64,000 nucleotides of DNA from an uncultured delta proteobacterium (GTDB lineage Bacteria; Desulfobacterota; Binatia; Binatales; Binataceae): contig CAWENP010000004.1 in assembly GCA_963810495.1 (NCBI GenBank), positions 12,860 to 76,859 of the forward strand, written 5' to 3'. The notes beneath the pieces were generated by a model, which was not told the origin of the DNA, did no database searches, and saw only the letters and a program-made list of their open reading frames with translations. The position numbers and the translations under genes were made by a program. Each line of letters opens with the position of its first letter. Positions within the stretch are counted from its first letter, which is position 1. Shown here one piece after another: positions 29,255-38,989 of the stretch.

Positions 29255-31141
29255 ATGGGGACTATGGGGACCGAATTTGGTTCGCGGACATGGTGGCAGA
29301 CTGCGCTCAGATTGGCGGCCGCGTTTGCCTTGGTGATGGCGGTGCTCAGTATCTGCGCTGCATCTTCGCGGGCGCAGGACTCGTCGGCTAAGGCGCCGAC
29401 GCAGATTAATGGCGGGCCGCCGATGGCAGATGTCCTGGCCCAGACGAACCCTCCGAGCCAGCCCGAAAGGAGCATCTGGAAGGATTTCCATCTCTCGGGA
29501 TTTCTCAATGAGACCGACGGGATGTGGATTAACCCATCCAATCTCAAGCAGTACACGCCGAGTCGCAATAGTCTGGCCACGGCGCGCACCTGGCTGCAGG
29601 CGGACGAGAACTTCCACCTTGGCGCAAATAACGACTTCTTCATGCGCGAATGGTTCGTGTACGAGCCGCCGTATGCATTTGACAGCTCCAACGACAGGTT
29701 CAGTGCGGCCGGCAGTCCGGGCATGGGGACAATGAACGACTTCTACAATCAGTACACCGTGCGCGACGCATGGTGGAAGCTGACGGCCGGGCCGCTGACG
29801 CTGTATACGGGCAATCAAATCGTGGTGTGGGGTCAGTCGCTGGCCTTCCGCGTGGGCGACGTTATCAACCCGGTAGACACCAACTGGAACTTCGGCTTTG
29901 CCAACCTGGAGCAGTCACGCATCCCGCAATGGATGCTCCATCCGATTCTTAACCTTCCTGACTTGGGTCCGCTGACTTCGAATTTCGTGGAAGGGGTGCT
30001 GATCCCCGGGGCGCAACCAATTTGGAACAGCTGCAATCATCCTGACGGCCGCTACTACCCATCCGGCGACGACGGCTCAGAGTGTAATACGGCGGGCCGG
30101 GTGAACAATGGCTTCCCGGGCGCCAACCACGCGCCGAGCGCCCGCTTCGACGCGCACTACACCAACTTCGCCAGTCCGGGGCGAGAACTCTCTACCAACG
30201 GGTTCCCGTATCCGGAGAATCCCAATGGCGGGAACATACTCGGTTGGCCGCTGCCGCGCGTCTTCTACTTCTGTTCACAGCTCCAAGGCCTATTCGCAGC
30301 GACCCATCAAAAGAACCCCGTAGCGGCCAACCGACAGAGGTTGTGTAACCTGACGGGTGGCCCGGTCATCATCGGCCAGTGGCACGTACCGGCGGTGCAG
30401 TGGAAGAACATGGAAGAGGGCCTGCGCTTTCACACGCTGATCGGCGGCAACGAGATCACGGCGCTCTACTTCAACAGCTTCCAATACTACCCGATCATTA
30501 CGTGGTCGCCTTTCAGCAATCAGTTCCCCGCGGTCTTCGAACCGGTGCAGTACGGGGGTGTGACGATAGACCGGCCGATTCCGGTGCCGCCGAGCCTGGG
30601 CGAGTACCTTCCGCTTGTGGCCCGCGCCGAAGCGGTTTATCAGAACCACGCGCCATTTGGCACCTGGAGCACCAGCGGGACCAACCCGGTCAAGTACTCA
30701 GATATCATGACGTGGATGGTGGCCTTCGACCTCGACAACGCTTACTCGCCGTGGCTTACCACGACCGGTAACCTGTTCGCCAATCTCGAGTTCCTCGACC
30801 AGATAAACATGGACACCAGCAACGACATGATTGATGGGCCGAACGGCGCGCTGGTCAACGAGGCCGTGCAAAAGAACGACATCAGTATGTTGTTGAATAT
30901 CTCGACGTCGTACTGGTGGAACGCGGTCGTGCCGACCTGGACGATGATCTACTCGCTCAAGGGGACGTCTTTCGCGTTCTTCCCTTCCATCCAGTTTAAC
31001 CCGCCGTGGACCAACAAGTACTTTGCCAGAATCGGCCTCATCTACGTGATGGGCTCGGATATGAACTACGTCGGCGTGCCGTTGTTCAAGGGTCAGAACA
31101 TGCTCAATATCACCGCCCAGTACAACTTCAGCGCCTTGTAG
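29255..31141 (+). CDS. DUF1302-family outer-membrane protein
   Basis: Signal peptide, about 600 aa of aromatic-rich beta-strand character, and the family-typical LYTGNQIVVWGQSLAFRVGDVINPVD segment recalled from memory. GGGGAGG Shine-Dalgarno. Confidence 0.7.
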   Translation: MGTMGTEFGSRTWWQTALRLAAAFALVMAVLSICAASSRAQDSSAKAPTQINGGPPMADVLAQTNPPSQPERSIWKDFHLSGFLNETDGMWINPSNLKQYTPSRNSLATARTWLQADENFHLGANNDFFMREWFVYEPPYAFDSSNDRFSAAGSPGMGTMNDFYNQYTVRDAWWKLTAGPLTLYTGNQIVVWGQSLAFRVGDVINPVDTNWNFGFANLEQSRIPQWMLHPILNLPDLGPLTSNFVEGVLIPGAQPIWNSCNHPDGRYYPSGDDGSECNTAGRVNNGFPGANHAPSARFDAHYTNFASPGRELSTNGFPYPENPNGGNILGWPLPRVFYFCSQLQGLFAATHQKNPVAANRQRLCNLTGGPVIIGQWHVPAVQWKNMEEGLRFHTLIGGNEITALYFNSFQYYPIITWSPFSNQFPAVFEPVQYGGVTIDRPIPVPPSLGEYLPLVARAEAVYQNHAPFGTWSTSGTNPVKYSDIMTWMVAFDLDNAYSPWLTTTGNLFANLEFLDQINMDTSNDMIDGPNGALVNEAVQKNDISMLLNISTSYWWNAVVPTWTMIYSLKGTSFAFFPSIQFNPPWTNKYFARIGLIYVMGSDMNYVGVPLFKGQNMLNITAQYNFSAL

Positions 31142-31313
31142 GAGGGAACAAAACCTGAGGTTCGGACGGTTAACAGGGTTGGAGCATCGTTTGAGTGCTC
31201 AATTCGTAAAGGTTATGCTCCTGATAGTGTCCGAGTCCTGACGCTTCAGGTCTTGGGGGACCAGATGCGGTTAATGGCTGGATATTTTGGCCGAACAATC
31301 GGGGACCGGCGAG

Positions 31314-31355
31314 CGCCGGGCGCGCCGCGTTTGCGGCGCGCCCGGCGTTTGTGTT
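31314..31355 (+). terminator. Rho-independent terminator or attenuator between the DUF1302 and DUF1329 genes
   Basis: Perfect 15-bp stem CGCCGGGCGCGCCGC / GCGGCGCGCCCGGCG with a 4-nt loop, followed by TTTGTGTT...TTTTT. Confidence 0.7.
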
Positions 31356-31406
31356 AGTGGCGTTTTTAGGTTCCCGCAAAGCATTACGGTAAGGAGGGAA
31401 AGAAGC

Positions 31407-32726
31407 ATGAGCGCGGCACGTAAGCTGCTAATCGGACTGCTGGGCCTGCTCTTGTGTCCCCTGGCGTTGGGTGCCGCACAGGCGGCGGAGGACACTATCC
31501 CGCCCGGCACCAAGATCACTATGCAGAACTGGCAGCAGTACAAGGCCTTCATGCCCGACGGCATGGTAGCGCTGTTTTCCGGCCAGTATGCGTGGAAGAT
31601 GCCGGACGATGTCGAGATGGATGTGGGTCCCACCACGATCCATCCGTTGCCGAAGCCATTCTGGGATGCGGTGGAAAAATATTCCGCGCAGACGCGCCTG
31701 GTGAAGCTGCCCAACGGCGCGTACAACATCGAGAACTACGTCGCCGGTGTGCCGTTCCCGCATCCCGAAGGTGCCGACAAGGGCACCGAAATCGCGGACG
31801 ACGTGACGTTCCGCCCCGGTGGTGTCCTCTACACCGGTTTCCCTGACCTGCAGGGCAACGAGGAATCATCCTTCTGCACGGTGGACCGCTTCGGCAGCAA
31901 GGCCTGCACGCGGGTCGACTACGACTACCGTCAGCTCGCCTACATCTGGTTCCCCGGCCTCCCGCACCTGGATCCTCATGCCGCCGGAGCATGGTATGGC
32001 GAATGGCTGATGGTGGAAGTGCCCGAGGAGTCCAAGTACACGGCCGACCTGACCCTCTTCTGGCAGGACGTGACGCGCAATCCTGACGACTTCGTCTTCA
32101 TCCCCGCGCTACGCCGTTCGCTGCGGCTTTCGACCTCGGCGCGCTGCGCGCCGCTGTTTGGCAGCGACATGACGCACGACGACCAGCGGGTGGGATGGAA
32201 CGGCGGGGCCTCGGTGTTCGAGGGCACCTATTTGCGCGACCAGAAAATCCTGGCCCTGGTCGACATGACTCACGAGGACGGCAAGTTCCCCGATAACTAC
32301 GACATGCCTCTGGGATGGGCGCGGCCGTCGTGGGGTCAATGGGAGGTCGTCCCGGTGTGGGTAACCGATGTCGAGCGGATTCCCTCGATGCGGCCCGGCT
32401 ACTGCTACGGCAAGCGCATCATGTACACCACGCAGGCGTACTATGCCAATGTCCATCTCGACCTGTACGACGCTAATTCGAAGCTCTGGAAAGTCGTCAA
32501 TATCGGGCTTAGCCCGGCCGTCGACAGATTACACCCCGAGTGGGGCAAGCAGTATTTCGGTGGAATCATCGAGCAGTACTGGGATCTCCAGAATCAGCAC
32601 GCGAGTCACGTGTTTACCGCCGATCGCGAGGGTAATGATCTCACGCCCGACATCGGCTTTGGCACGACCTACGACAACGTCTCGAGATACCAGAGTCCCA
32701 GTGGTCTGATGCAGTTGATGCGTTAA
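31407..32726 (+). CDS. DUF1329-family periplasmic protein
   Basis: AAGGAGGG Shine-Dalgarno, then ATG at 31407. Signal peptide, then ITMQNWQQYKAFMPDGMVALFSGQY ... NYVAGVPFPHPEG, matching the DUF1329 pattern I recall. The track ORF starts upstream at a TTG. Confidence 0.7.
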   Translation: MSAARKLLIGLLGLLLCPLALGAAQAAEDTIPPGTKITMQNWQQYKAFMPDGMVALFSGQYAWKMPDDVEMDVGPTTIHPLPKPFWDAVEKYSAQTRLVKLPNGAYNIENYVAGVPFPHPEGADKGTEIADDVTFRPGGVLYTGFPDLQGNEESSFCTVDRFGSKACTRVDYDYRQLAYIWFPGLPHLDPHAAGAWYGEWLMVEVPEESKYTADLTLFWQDVTRNPDDFVFIPALRRSLRLSTSARCAPLFGSDMTHDDQRVGWNGGASVFEGTYLRDQKILALVDMTHEDGKFPDNYDMPLGWARPSWGQWEVVPVWVTDVERIPSMRPGYCYGKRIMYTTQAYYANVHLDLYDANSKLWKVVNIGLSPAVDRLHPEWGKQYFGGIIEQYWDLQNQHASHVFTADREGNDLTPDIGFGTTYDNVSRYQSPSGLMQLMR

Positions 32727-32750
32727 TGCACATACACGCCTGGTAACCTG

Positions 32751-32790
32751 GCCGGGCGCGGCGCACCGTACCGCCGCGCCCGGCTTTTTT
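32751..32790 (+). terminator. Rho-independent terminator after the DUF1329 gene
   Basis: GCCGGGCGCGGCG-loop-CGCCGCGCCCGGC followed by TTTTTT. Confidence 0.75.
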
Positions 32791-32919
32791 GCGTACCCAG
32801 CGCGACGCTGACCTGGAAGTGAAAGTCGTCGCCCAAGTCCGTCGCCCAAGTTCGTCGGACAGCAATTCAAGGAGACTCAGGTTCAGATCGGCCGCACTTG
32901 GCCGTCGGGGACATGCGCG

Positions 32920-34228
32920 ATGATTCATTTCTCGGGCCGCGTTCGGGTCCTGCTGCTGTTCGGTGCGGCGACCTGCGCGTTAGCGGCGCTCGCGATGGCC
33001 GAGTCGACGCCGTCTCCATACCAATTGATCGACGCCCACTTTGCGATGACCGTTACCTTGCTCGCCAATGGCGAGGTGCTGATCGTGGGTGGCGGCGACA
33101 ATCATGTCTTCGGCGACCAATCTCGCGGAAATTTACAATCCCGCGACCGATGCCTTCACGCCGGCGGGCAGCGGCCTGATGCCCATCGAGCGCACATATC
33201 ATACGGCGACCCTGCTCAAGGACGGCCGGGTGCTGATCGCGGGCGGGATGAATCGCATGGGCAAGGCGCTCGACAGCGCAATCCTATTCGATCCCGAAAG
33301 CGGCAAGTTCATCCCAACTGGCAGCATGGCCGAGCCGCGTTACGCCGCCGCCGCCACGCTGCTGCCTGACGGTCGCATCCTCATCAGCGGCGGCGCCTCG
33401 ACCTCGGAGGGCTACGCGGGCGCCAACCAGGAGAAGCAAGAGGAACAATCGCTTGACACTGCAGAACTCTACGACCCCGGGACCGGCAAGTTCTCGCCCG
33501 CAGGCAAGATCGAGCGCGTCTACGACCTCACCAGCAACAAAATCATGATGCGTGCGAGCATGACCACGGCGCGCCGCGAGCATAGCGCGACCCTGATCAC
33601 GGCCGGCCCGCTAAGCGGGCGGGTGCTGATTGCGGGCGGGATCGGCGACAAGAACAAGCCGATCGCAAGCGCCGAGTTGTACGACCCGGCAACCAACACC
33701 TTCAAGGCCACCGGCGACATGACGGTCGCGCGCACCTATCAGGGCGCCACCGCGCTGCGTGACGGGCGGGTGTTTATCGCCGGCGGCACCGACGCCAGCG
33801 ATCAGGCTCTCGCCACCGCCGAACTCTATGATCCCGCCATCGGCAAGTTTGCGCTCACTCCGGACCCCATGCAGCACGCGCGCTACCGCCAGGTCGCAGT
33901 CCTGCTCCCTGACGGCGACGTGTTGCTGGCGGGAGGAGCGAGCAACGCGGGCGTGCTGGCAAACGCCGAGATTTTCGATCCGCGGACCGGCAAGTTTCGG
34001 CCCACGGGACTGATGAAGGACTACCGGATGGCGGCGGGCGCAGTGCTGCTGCATAACGGCACTGTCTTTATCGCGGGCGGGTACAACAATCGCCCGACGT
34101 ACGCGCCAGGCGCACTCAGCATGGGTTCGACGTCGGTATCGTTCAGGGTGCTCAACACGGCCGAAATCTATAACCCGATGAACGGACAGTTCGTCGACAC
34201 GCGCTCGCTCGGACACGGCCCCGGCTAG
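32920..34228 (+). CDS. Secreted Kelch-repeat beta-propeller protein (galactose-oxidase-like fold) with an apparent frameshift near 33100
   Basis: Signal peptide and the first blade (LLANGEVLIVGGGD) are in frame 1. Six further blades (LLKDGRVLIAGG, LLPDGRILISGG, LRDGRVFIAGG, LLPDGDVLLAGG, LLHNGTVFIAGG) are in frame 2, beginning at SSATNLAEIYNPATDAF. Confidence 0.65.
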
Positions 34229-34286
34229 CCGTCGGCGTTCAGGAGCGCTTTTCTCAAAAATTGGCCAGCAACTAAGGGCCCCCGCA

Positions 34287-34832
34287 TTGAACATCAGATC
34301 GAAGTGCTTCACGCTCGTCGCCGCGATCTCGTTGCTCCAGGCATGCACCGCTGGCGCGCCGCAGTTCGCGGCGCCGGAACACAACCCGCCGGCCTCGACC
34401 ACCACAGCCCAGGGCGATGCCGCTATGGACGCACAAAGGCCGGCCGCATCTCTCGAGAAGGGACAGATAGAAGTGACCGGCGTGTGGCGGGGAAAATCCT
34501 CGGCCGAGTGCGCCATGCTCATCCCCGATGAGACGCGATGCGGCGCCGTCAACGACATCACTCTCACGCTGCTGCAGCAGGGCGCCAAGGTGGGCGGTTT
34601 CTATAAGTGCAGCTACGGCAACATGGACTGCCGCAACGGCAACGAAACCGGCAAGGTCGCCCTGGGCACGATGGGCACTTACCTCCTCCAGATGCGGGTG
34701 ATGATGCCGGACGGATCGGACTGTATATTCAACGGCCGGCCCAAGAGCGACGCGATCGAGGGCAGCTACCTGTGCCTGCAGGGCGGCGGGCTGATCGAAC
34801 GCGGCATCTGGCGGGCCCGCCGCAGTTACTAG
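34287..34832 (+). CDS. Hypothetical Cys-rich lipoprotein
   Basis: Lipobox LLQAC. A degraded partial copy lies at 40040-40250. Confidence 0.5.
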   Translation: MNIRSKCFTLVAAISLLQACTAGAPQFAAPEHNPPASTTTAQGDAAMDAQRPAASLEKGQIEVTGVWRGKSSAECAMLIPDETRCGAVNDITLTLLQQGAKVGGFYKCSYGNMDCRNGNETGKVALGTMGTYLLQMRVMMPDGSDCIFNGRPKSDAIEGSYLCLQGGGLIERGIWRARRSY

Positions 34833-34898
34833 GTCAGCCGTTTTTTCAGATAGTGCTTCTGATGGCCGCGAGGGTAGTCGGGATGGGTGCCGATGATC

Positions 34899-35423
34899 TC
34901 ATACCGCGCCGCGACGTCCGCTCGTCTTCGATTCTTCCCCCGGAGCGCAAAAGGCCGTCGACATAGACCCTGCCGAAGTGGGCGGCCGGAACATCGCGGA
35001 TCTTAGTGCTGCTGGAAGTCCTGCGGATGGACGCCCTGCCGACGCCGTCACGCGGATGTCACGCGCCGGCAATCCCATCGCGAGCAGTGCCAGATATAGC
35101 GGAATTCTACGATCCAGCCTGATCGTGAGCACGTTGCTATCCGAAGAGGGCTCAGTGAAGACGATCTCGGCCGGCGCGACTCCGTGACTCTGCGCGTATG
35201 CATCCGCGATCCATACTGCGGCACGCGGATTAGTTGGCAGATATACGGCGCCCATCTTTGCTGCTGTAAGAGCCACCAGCCGAAGGTTCTTGACGTTGAG
35301 ATAATAGTATTCTCTGGCAAAAATGCTGTGCACTATCAGTTCGGCCGGCAAGATTATCGCGGCAAGCGCGATGAGAATCACACGGCAACGAACTGATAAT
35401 CGGCTGAACTGTCGCATTGCCAT
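34899..35423 (-). CDS. Membrane-anchored protein with a TadE/TadG-like N-terminal pseudopilin-type domain; hypothetical
   Basis: N-terminal hydrophobic segment LIALAAIILPAELIVHS followed by YYLNVKNLRLVALTAAKMGAVY. This resembles the TadG N-domain pattern of the neighbouring gene at 36378-37586. Weak assignment. Confidence 0.3.
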   Translation of the reverse strand: MAMRQFSRLSVRCRVILIALAAIILPAELIVHSIFAREYYYLNVKNLRLVALTAAKMGAVYLPTNPRAAVWIADAYAQSHGVAPAEIVFTEPSSDSNVLTIRLDRRIPLYLALLAMGLPARDIRVTASAGRPSAGLPAALRSAMFRPPTSAGSMSTAFCAPGEESKTSGRRGAV

Positions 35424-35438
35424 CAGCAGCCTACTCTC

Positions 35439-35608
35439 CTACTGCTGATCGCGCGCCCACTCTTCGACCGCCTCGAGGCTAAACCGCCAGTCGCTACCAA
35501 TACGGAAACCCGGCAATTTTCGTTGTCTCAACAGCCGATAAATCGTGGTCTTGTGAATGTGCAGAAATTCCGACAATTCTGCCACGGTTAAGTATTTGCC
35601 TTGCGTCA
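35439..35608 (-). CDS. Small HTH_17 (excisionase/MerR-like, BldC-like) DNA-binding protein, copy 1
   Basis: My own translation: MTQGKYLTVAELSEFLHIHKTTIYRLLRQRKLPGFRIGSDWRFSLEAVEEWARDQQ (56 aa). Not in the ORF track. Confidence 0.6.
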
Positions 35609-35690
35609 TATCAGTCACTCCACGATGAGCATGCCTCGGCAGCGAATTGATAATCGGCTGAACTTTCGATTTGCCATCAGCAGATGCTCC

Positions 35691-35894
35691 TCAAGTATCG
35701 GCCCCTATCTGATCGAGCTGCCACTGTTTAATCGATTCAAGACTAAACCGCCAGTCGCTGCCAATCCGAAAGCCTGGCAGTTTTCCCTGCTTGAGCATCC
35801 GATAAATCGTAGTCTTATGAACCTGCAGATATTCCGACAATTCGTCGACGGTTAGATATTTGATTTGCATCATGCGAATCACTTCACCGTTCAC
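35691..35894 (-). CDS. Small HTH_17 (excisionase/MerR-like, BldC-like) DNA-binding protein, copy 2
   Basis: MQIKYLTVDELSEYLQVHKTTIYRMLKQGKLPGFRIGSDWRFSLESIKQWQLDQ; about 70% identical to copy 1. Confidence 0.65.
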   Translation of the reverse strand: MNGEVIRMMQIKYLTVDELSEYLQVHKTTIYRMLKQGKLPGFRIGSDWRFSLESIKQWQLDQIGADT

Positions 35895-36328
35895 AGATTT
35901 CCCGATTCGCCACGCGCCAGAGAGTAAGATCGGGGACCATACTTGGCCAAATACGCACGCAAAGATTCAAGGCCGGAATCCCGAGCTGCAATTCTCCAAC
36001 CTTCGGGCGACGCTTGCTGCACTTGCCAATGCCCCGCTGCGAGCCGGATGACGATACGCGCGCCGTTTCCGAGCGAGGCGCTGGCGCGCCCTCCAAAGCG
36101 ATCCAGGGCGATACCGAAGTCCGCCAGCAGCTGTTCCCAATAGACCCAGGTCATTCGGTTACGCGGACTCGCGACAGGGTGGATATCCTCCTTCCCGATG
36201 GAGTATCGCTCCATCAGAGTTTGGACCAGGTGAGCGGCACTATTGGCCTCAAACTCGGAGGCTCCATTTTCGGGAATAACTCGCCGCAAGAGCCGAATTT
36301 TTCTCAGCGCGTCTTCAACTCTCATCAT
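35891..36328 (-). CDS. DUF2786-like protein (phage/plasmid-associated family)
   Basis: N-terminal pattern ALRKIRLLRRVIPENGASEFEANSAAHLVQTLMERYSI fits the K-I-x-K-L-L-A-L-A...E-A...A-Q-x-L-M signature I recall for DUF2786. Confidence 0.4.
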   Translation of the reverse strand: MMRVEDALRKIRLLRRVIPENGASEFEANSAAHLVQTLMERYSIGKEDIHPVASPRNRMTWVYWEQLLADFGIALDRFGGRASASLGNGARIVIRLAAGHWQVQQASPEGWRIAARDSGLESLRAYLAKYGPRSYSLARGESGNL

Positions 36329-36377
36329 CTGATCTCTTGGCAGCTACCGTTTTTCGACTCCCTTGCTCCATCAGTTT

Positions 36378-37586
36378 CTATTGCGACAGGCGCAGAAGGA
36401 TCTCCGAAGCGATGGTCTGAAAGACGCCCTGCAAATCGGCGGCGGTGGGCGCGAAGACCGCCTGTCCCACCGGTTCGTTGGGGTTGAACGTGGAGCTGGC
36501 AGGATCATTGGCGATTTGCTGAAGAAACGCCTGACTTATCGTGTTGCCCAAGCCGATCGAGTAAATCACGATATTCTGCGAGCGCATGCTGTTGGCAACC
36601 TGAACCGCGCGATACATAGCGTCGTTGGAGATGTTGGCCATGCTCAACGTCTCCATTGTCCCGGTTTGCTGTGAAGGGAAACTTGTCGCACCACAACTGG
36701 CGCCGTTGCCGTTAGTCGGATCCATGAAAGAGAAATTGCTACACCAACCCAGGGCATTCTCGGGAGGGGAGCAGCCGCCAACGTTGAGCAAGGTGGACGG
36801 AGGGCAGTTCAGAGTGTCCTGAACGGTGTTGGCCCAGCCGTCGGTAAAGAAGACCGCCACTTGGACCACGTTCTCGCCCGCCGCCACAGGGATGCTGACA
36901 ATCTGAGCCTGTCCGTCCAGCAATCCGCCCTGCGAAAAGGTGGCCCCGCCGAACCGCATCGCGTTGACCGCATTGGTTATCGGAGTCAGGAAATTAGTCC
37001 CTATGGGTACATCGACACTCGCGACCGACGAGAAACTGACGTCCGCGATCTGATCGTTGGCATTGTCGAAGTAAGTCAGAAAATTGTCGACAGCGGGCGG
37101 CAGCGCCTGCGCTCCGCCATTGAGATTCATGGAGCCAGATCTGTCCAACACCAGCGACATGATGAGCTTGGGTCGCGTCGTCTGGGCGCTGGAACTAACC
37201 TGCAACGTTTGAAGCCCCGACAGCAGGCGGAGAAAGAAGGTGTTGATCGTGGCCGTGGCGTTGACGTTTACCACCGCGTTGTTGTTGGCGTCCGTAGTGA
37301 TGGCGACATTGAACGCCGGCGGGCTAAAATCTCGCCCACTCCCCGATCCATAGTTGGTATTGAACGCGCTCTGCGCGATCGCCGTGGCCTGGGCCTGCCC
37401 CTGGCTGATGTTGCGCATGGCCGCAAGCGCGGCGGCATCGACAGCCTTGGAGAGTTTCGCCCGCGTGACAAAGGCGAAGCCAAGGTCAACCCCAAGACCC
37501 ATGAACAGAATGAGAACGGGCAAGCTGAGTGCAAACAGCATGAAGACTTGGGCACGCTGGTGTCGTCTATTGTTAGTTAGCTGCAA
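36378..37586 (-). CDS. TadG-like Flp-pilus assembly protein with a von Willebrand factor A domain
   Basis: TadE/G-like N-terminus (FMLFALSLPVLILFMGLGVDLGFAFVTRAKLSKAVDAAALAA) and a vWA MIDAS motif (LVLDRSGSM). Confidence 0.75.
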   Translation of the reverse strand: MQLTNNRRHQRAQVFMLFALSLPVLILFMGLGVDLGFAFVTRAKLSKAVDAAALAAMRNISQGQAQATAIAQSAFNTNYGSGSGRDFSPPAFNVAITTDANNNAVVNVNATATINTFFLRLLSGLQTLQVSSSAQTTRPKLIMSLVLDRSGSMNLNGGAQALPPAVDNFLTYFDNANDQIADVSFSSVASVDVPIGTNFLTPITNAVNAMRFGGATFSQGGLLDGQAQIVSIPVAAGENVVQVAVFFTDGWANTVQDTLNCPPSTLLNVGGCSPPENALGWCSNFSFMDPTNGNGASCGATSFPSQQTGTMETLSMANISNDAMYRAVQVANSMRSQNIVIYSIGLGNTISQAFLQQIANDPASSTFNPNEPVGQAVFAPTAADLQGVFQTIASEILLRLSQ

Positions 37587-37607
37587 GAGAGTATCCTCCG
37601 CCGGATC

Positions 37608-38144
37608 TTAGAAATACGCCGCCTCGTACAATGTCGACGGCATGGCCAGCTTCAGCAGATTCTGAATCGGAGTTATTGGCTGGTATGAGTAGAATATCTC
37701 CGTTATGTAGATCGTCTGGCCGAGCTGTAGCATGGCGGCTGCCGACGATGGCACGCTCGCCGTGTTTCCCACTCCACTCCCCACCCTGCTATTTTGCGAA
37801 ACGCCCCCCTCCGAGAACTGGTTGGTAATTGTATAGACCTTGTTGATGTTGGTGACCGAGGTGATGATCACCTCTCCGTTGCTGCTCAAATTCAACGGCG
37901 AGTCCCCCGCAATCACGGCAGCGGCGGAGGCCGACAAAGTCGTCCCGCGCGATGCCAGGTTGGAACCTTGTCTGGATAGGCTGGTCATGACCTGCTCGTC
38001 GTGGATCGCGCGGCTGAAATCGACCAACATGCAGAAGAGGACGAGCATCAGGGCCGCGATGAGAGCAAACTCCACCGCCGCCTGGCCGGATTCGGCCGCT
38101 GAGATCTTTCTGCCTACTGAACCGGGATGCCATGTGTGTCTCAT
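37608..38144 (-). CDS. TadE-like pseudopilin
   Basis: SGQAAVEFALIAALMLVLFCMLVDFSRA is the classic TadE N-terminal motif. Confidence 0.7.
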   Translation of the reverse strand: MRHTWHPGSVGRKISAAESGQAAVEFALIAALMLVLFCMLVDFSRAIHDEQVMTSLSRQGSNLASRGTTLSASAAAVIAGDSPLNLSSNGEVIITSVTNINKVYTITNQFSEGGVSQNSRVGSGVGNTASVPSSAAAMLQLGQTIYITEIFYSYQPITPIQNLLKLAMPSTLYEAAYF

Positions 38145-38158
38145 GCCGCTACTCCCAA

Positions 38159-38640
38159 CTAGTTCGTCTCGCTGGCAGGAAAAGGCTCGTTTTTGAAACT
38201 GACGCTCGACGTGAAAGTGTACGTTCCATTCGGAAAACCACGTGCAACCATTGGCGTCATCAGCTTGAGGTTACTGGTGACCGAGACCGTTACGGTGTCT
38301 CCCGGTCCGCCCGCGCTGCCGCTGCCGCCCAGCAAGCTCGAAATCTGAATGTTCGTTACCTGCTGGCCAAAGGCCGCCTGTTGAAGTGTCGCGATGATCG
38401 AATTCACGCGTGAGAGAGACTGCCCGGGGTTTTTGGGATCCGGGAGATGATTCCCCGTGGACGCGAACCGGCCGGCCTCCTGCACCGCGTTCTCAACTTC
38501 CATTTGCACGAGGAACAGGTGCCCGAAATCGAACACCGCGAAGATCAGAAAGAAGAACAACGGCGCGACCAGGAGAAATTCGACCATCGCCTGACCCCTG
38601 ATTGATCGAGGCATGCGAGCTCGAAGTGCCAAGCGCAGCT
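38159..38640 (-). CDS. TadE-like pseudopilin (second copy)
   Basis: RGQAMVEFLLVAPLFFFLIFAVFDFGHLF. The track ORF extends upstream to 38770. The internal Met at 38640 fits the family's N-terminus. Confidence 0.6.
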
Positions 38641-38989
38641 TGCCTGCTCTGCGGGATCTCAGATCATTCCCGCCTTGACGGAAGAAAGTCGCGGAGCTGC
38701 AGCTCTTAGCGCTTACTACAGTCATCTTGCCGCTCCCTCCGGTCTTTAAAGATAAGAAATAAGCTAACATAAATACTTTAAAGATGTTAAGACAAAGATG
38801 AACTCTTTATTTCATGCAGAGTGTCAGAATTTGACGTAATTCAACCTCGTTGGGGTCGCCAACGTGAAAACGGAATGTTTGACGTTCCTGGGTCGGCTAG
38901 AGCGTAAGAGATCTCTGGAGTCTCACACTTCCAGCCATGAAGGCTAAACTACTCAGAGCGTCCAGCAGAGAGACTGATTTTTCGCAGTT

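Larger units (their letters stand above)
35380..35895 (-). repeat. Tandem duplication (two units of about 255 bp), each carrying an HTH_17 gene plus the first 20 codons of the downstream TadE/G-like gene
   Basis: GATAATCGGCTGAACTNTCGNATTNGCCATCAGCAG recurs at 35393-35430 and 35646-35683. The second copy encodes the truncated pseudo-start MANRKFSRLSIRCRGMLIVE-stop, versus MAMRQFSRLSVRCRVILIAL in the intact gene. Confidence 0.7.
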
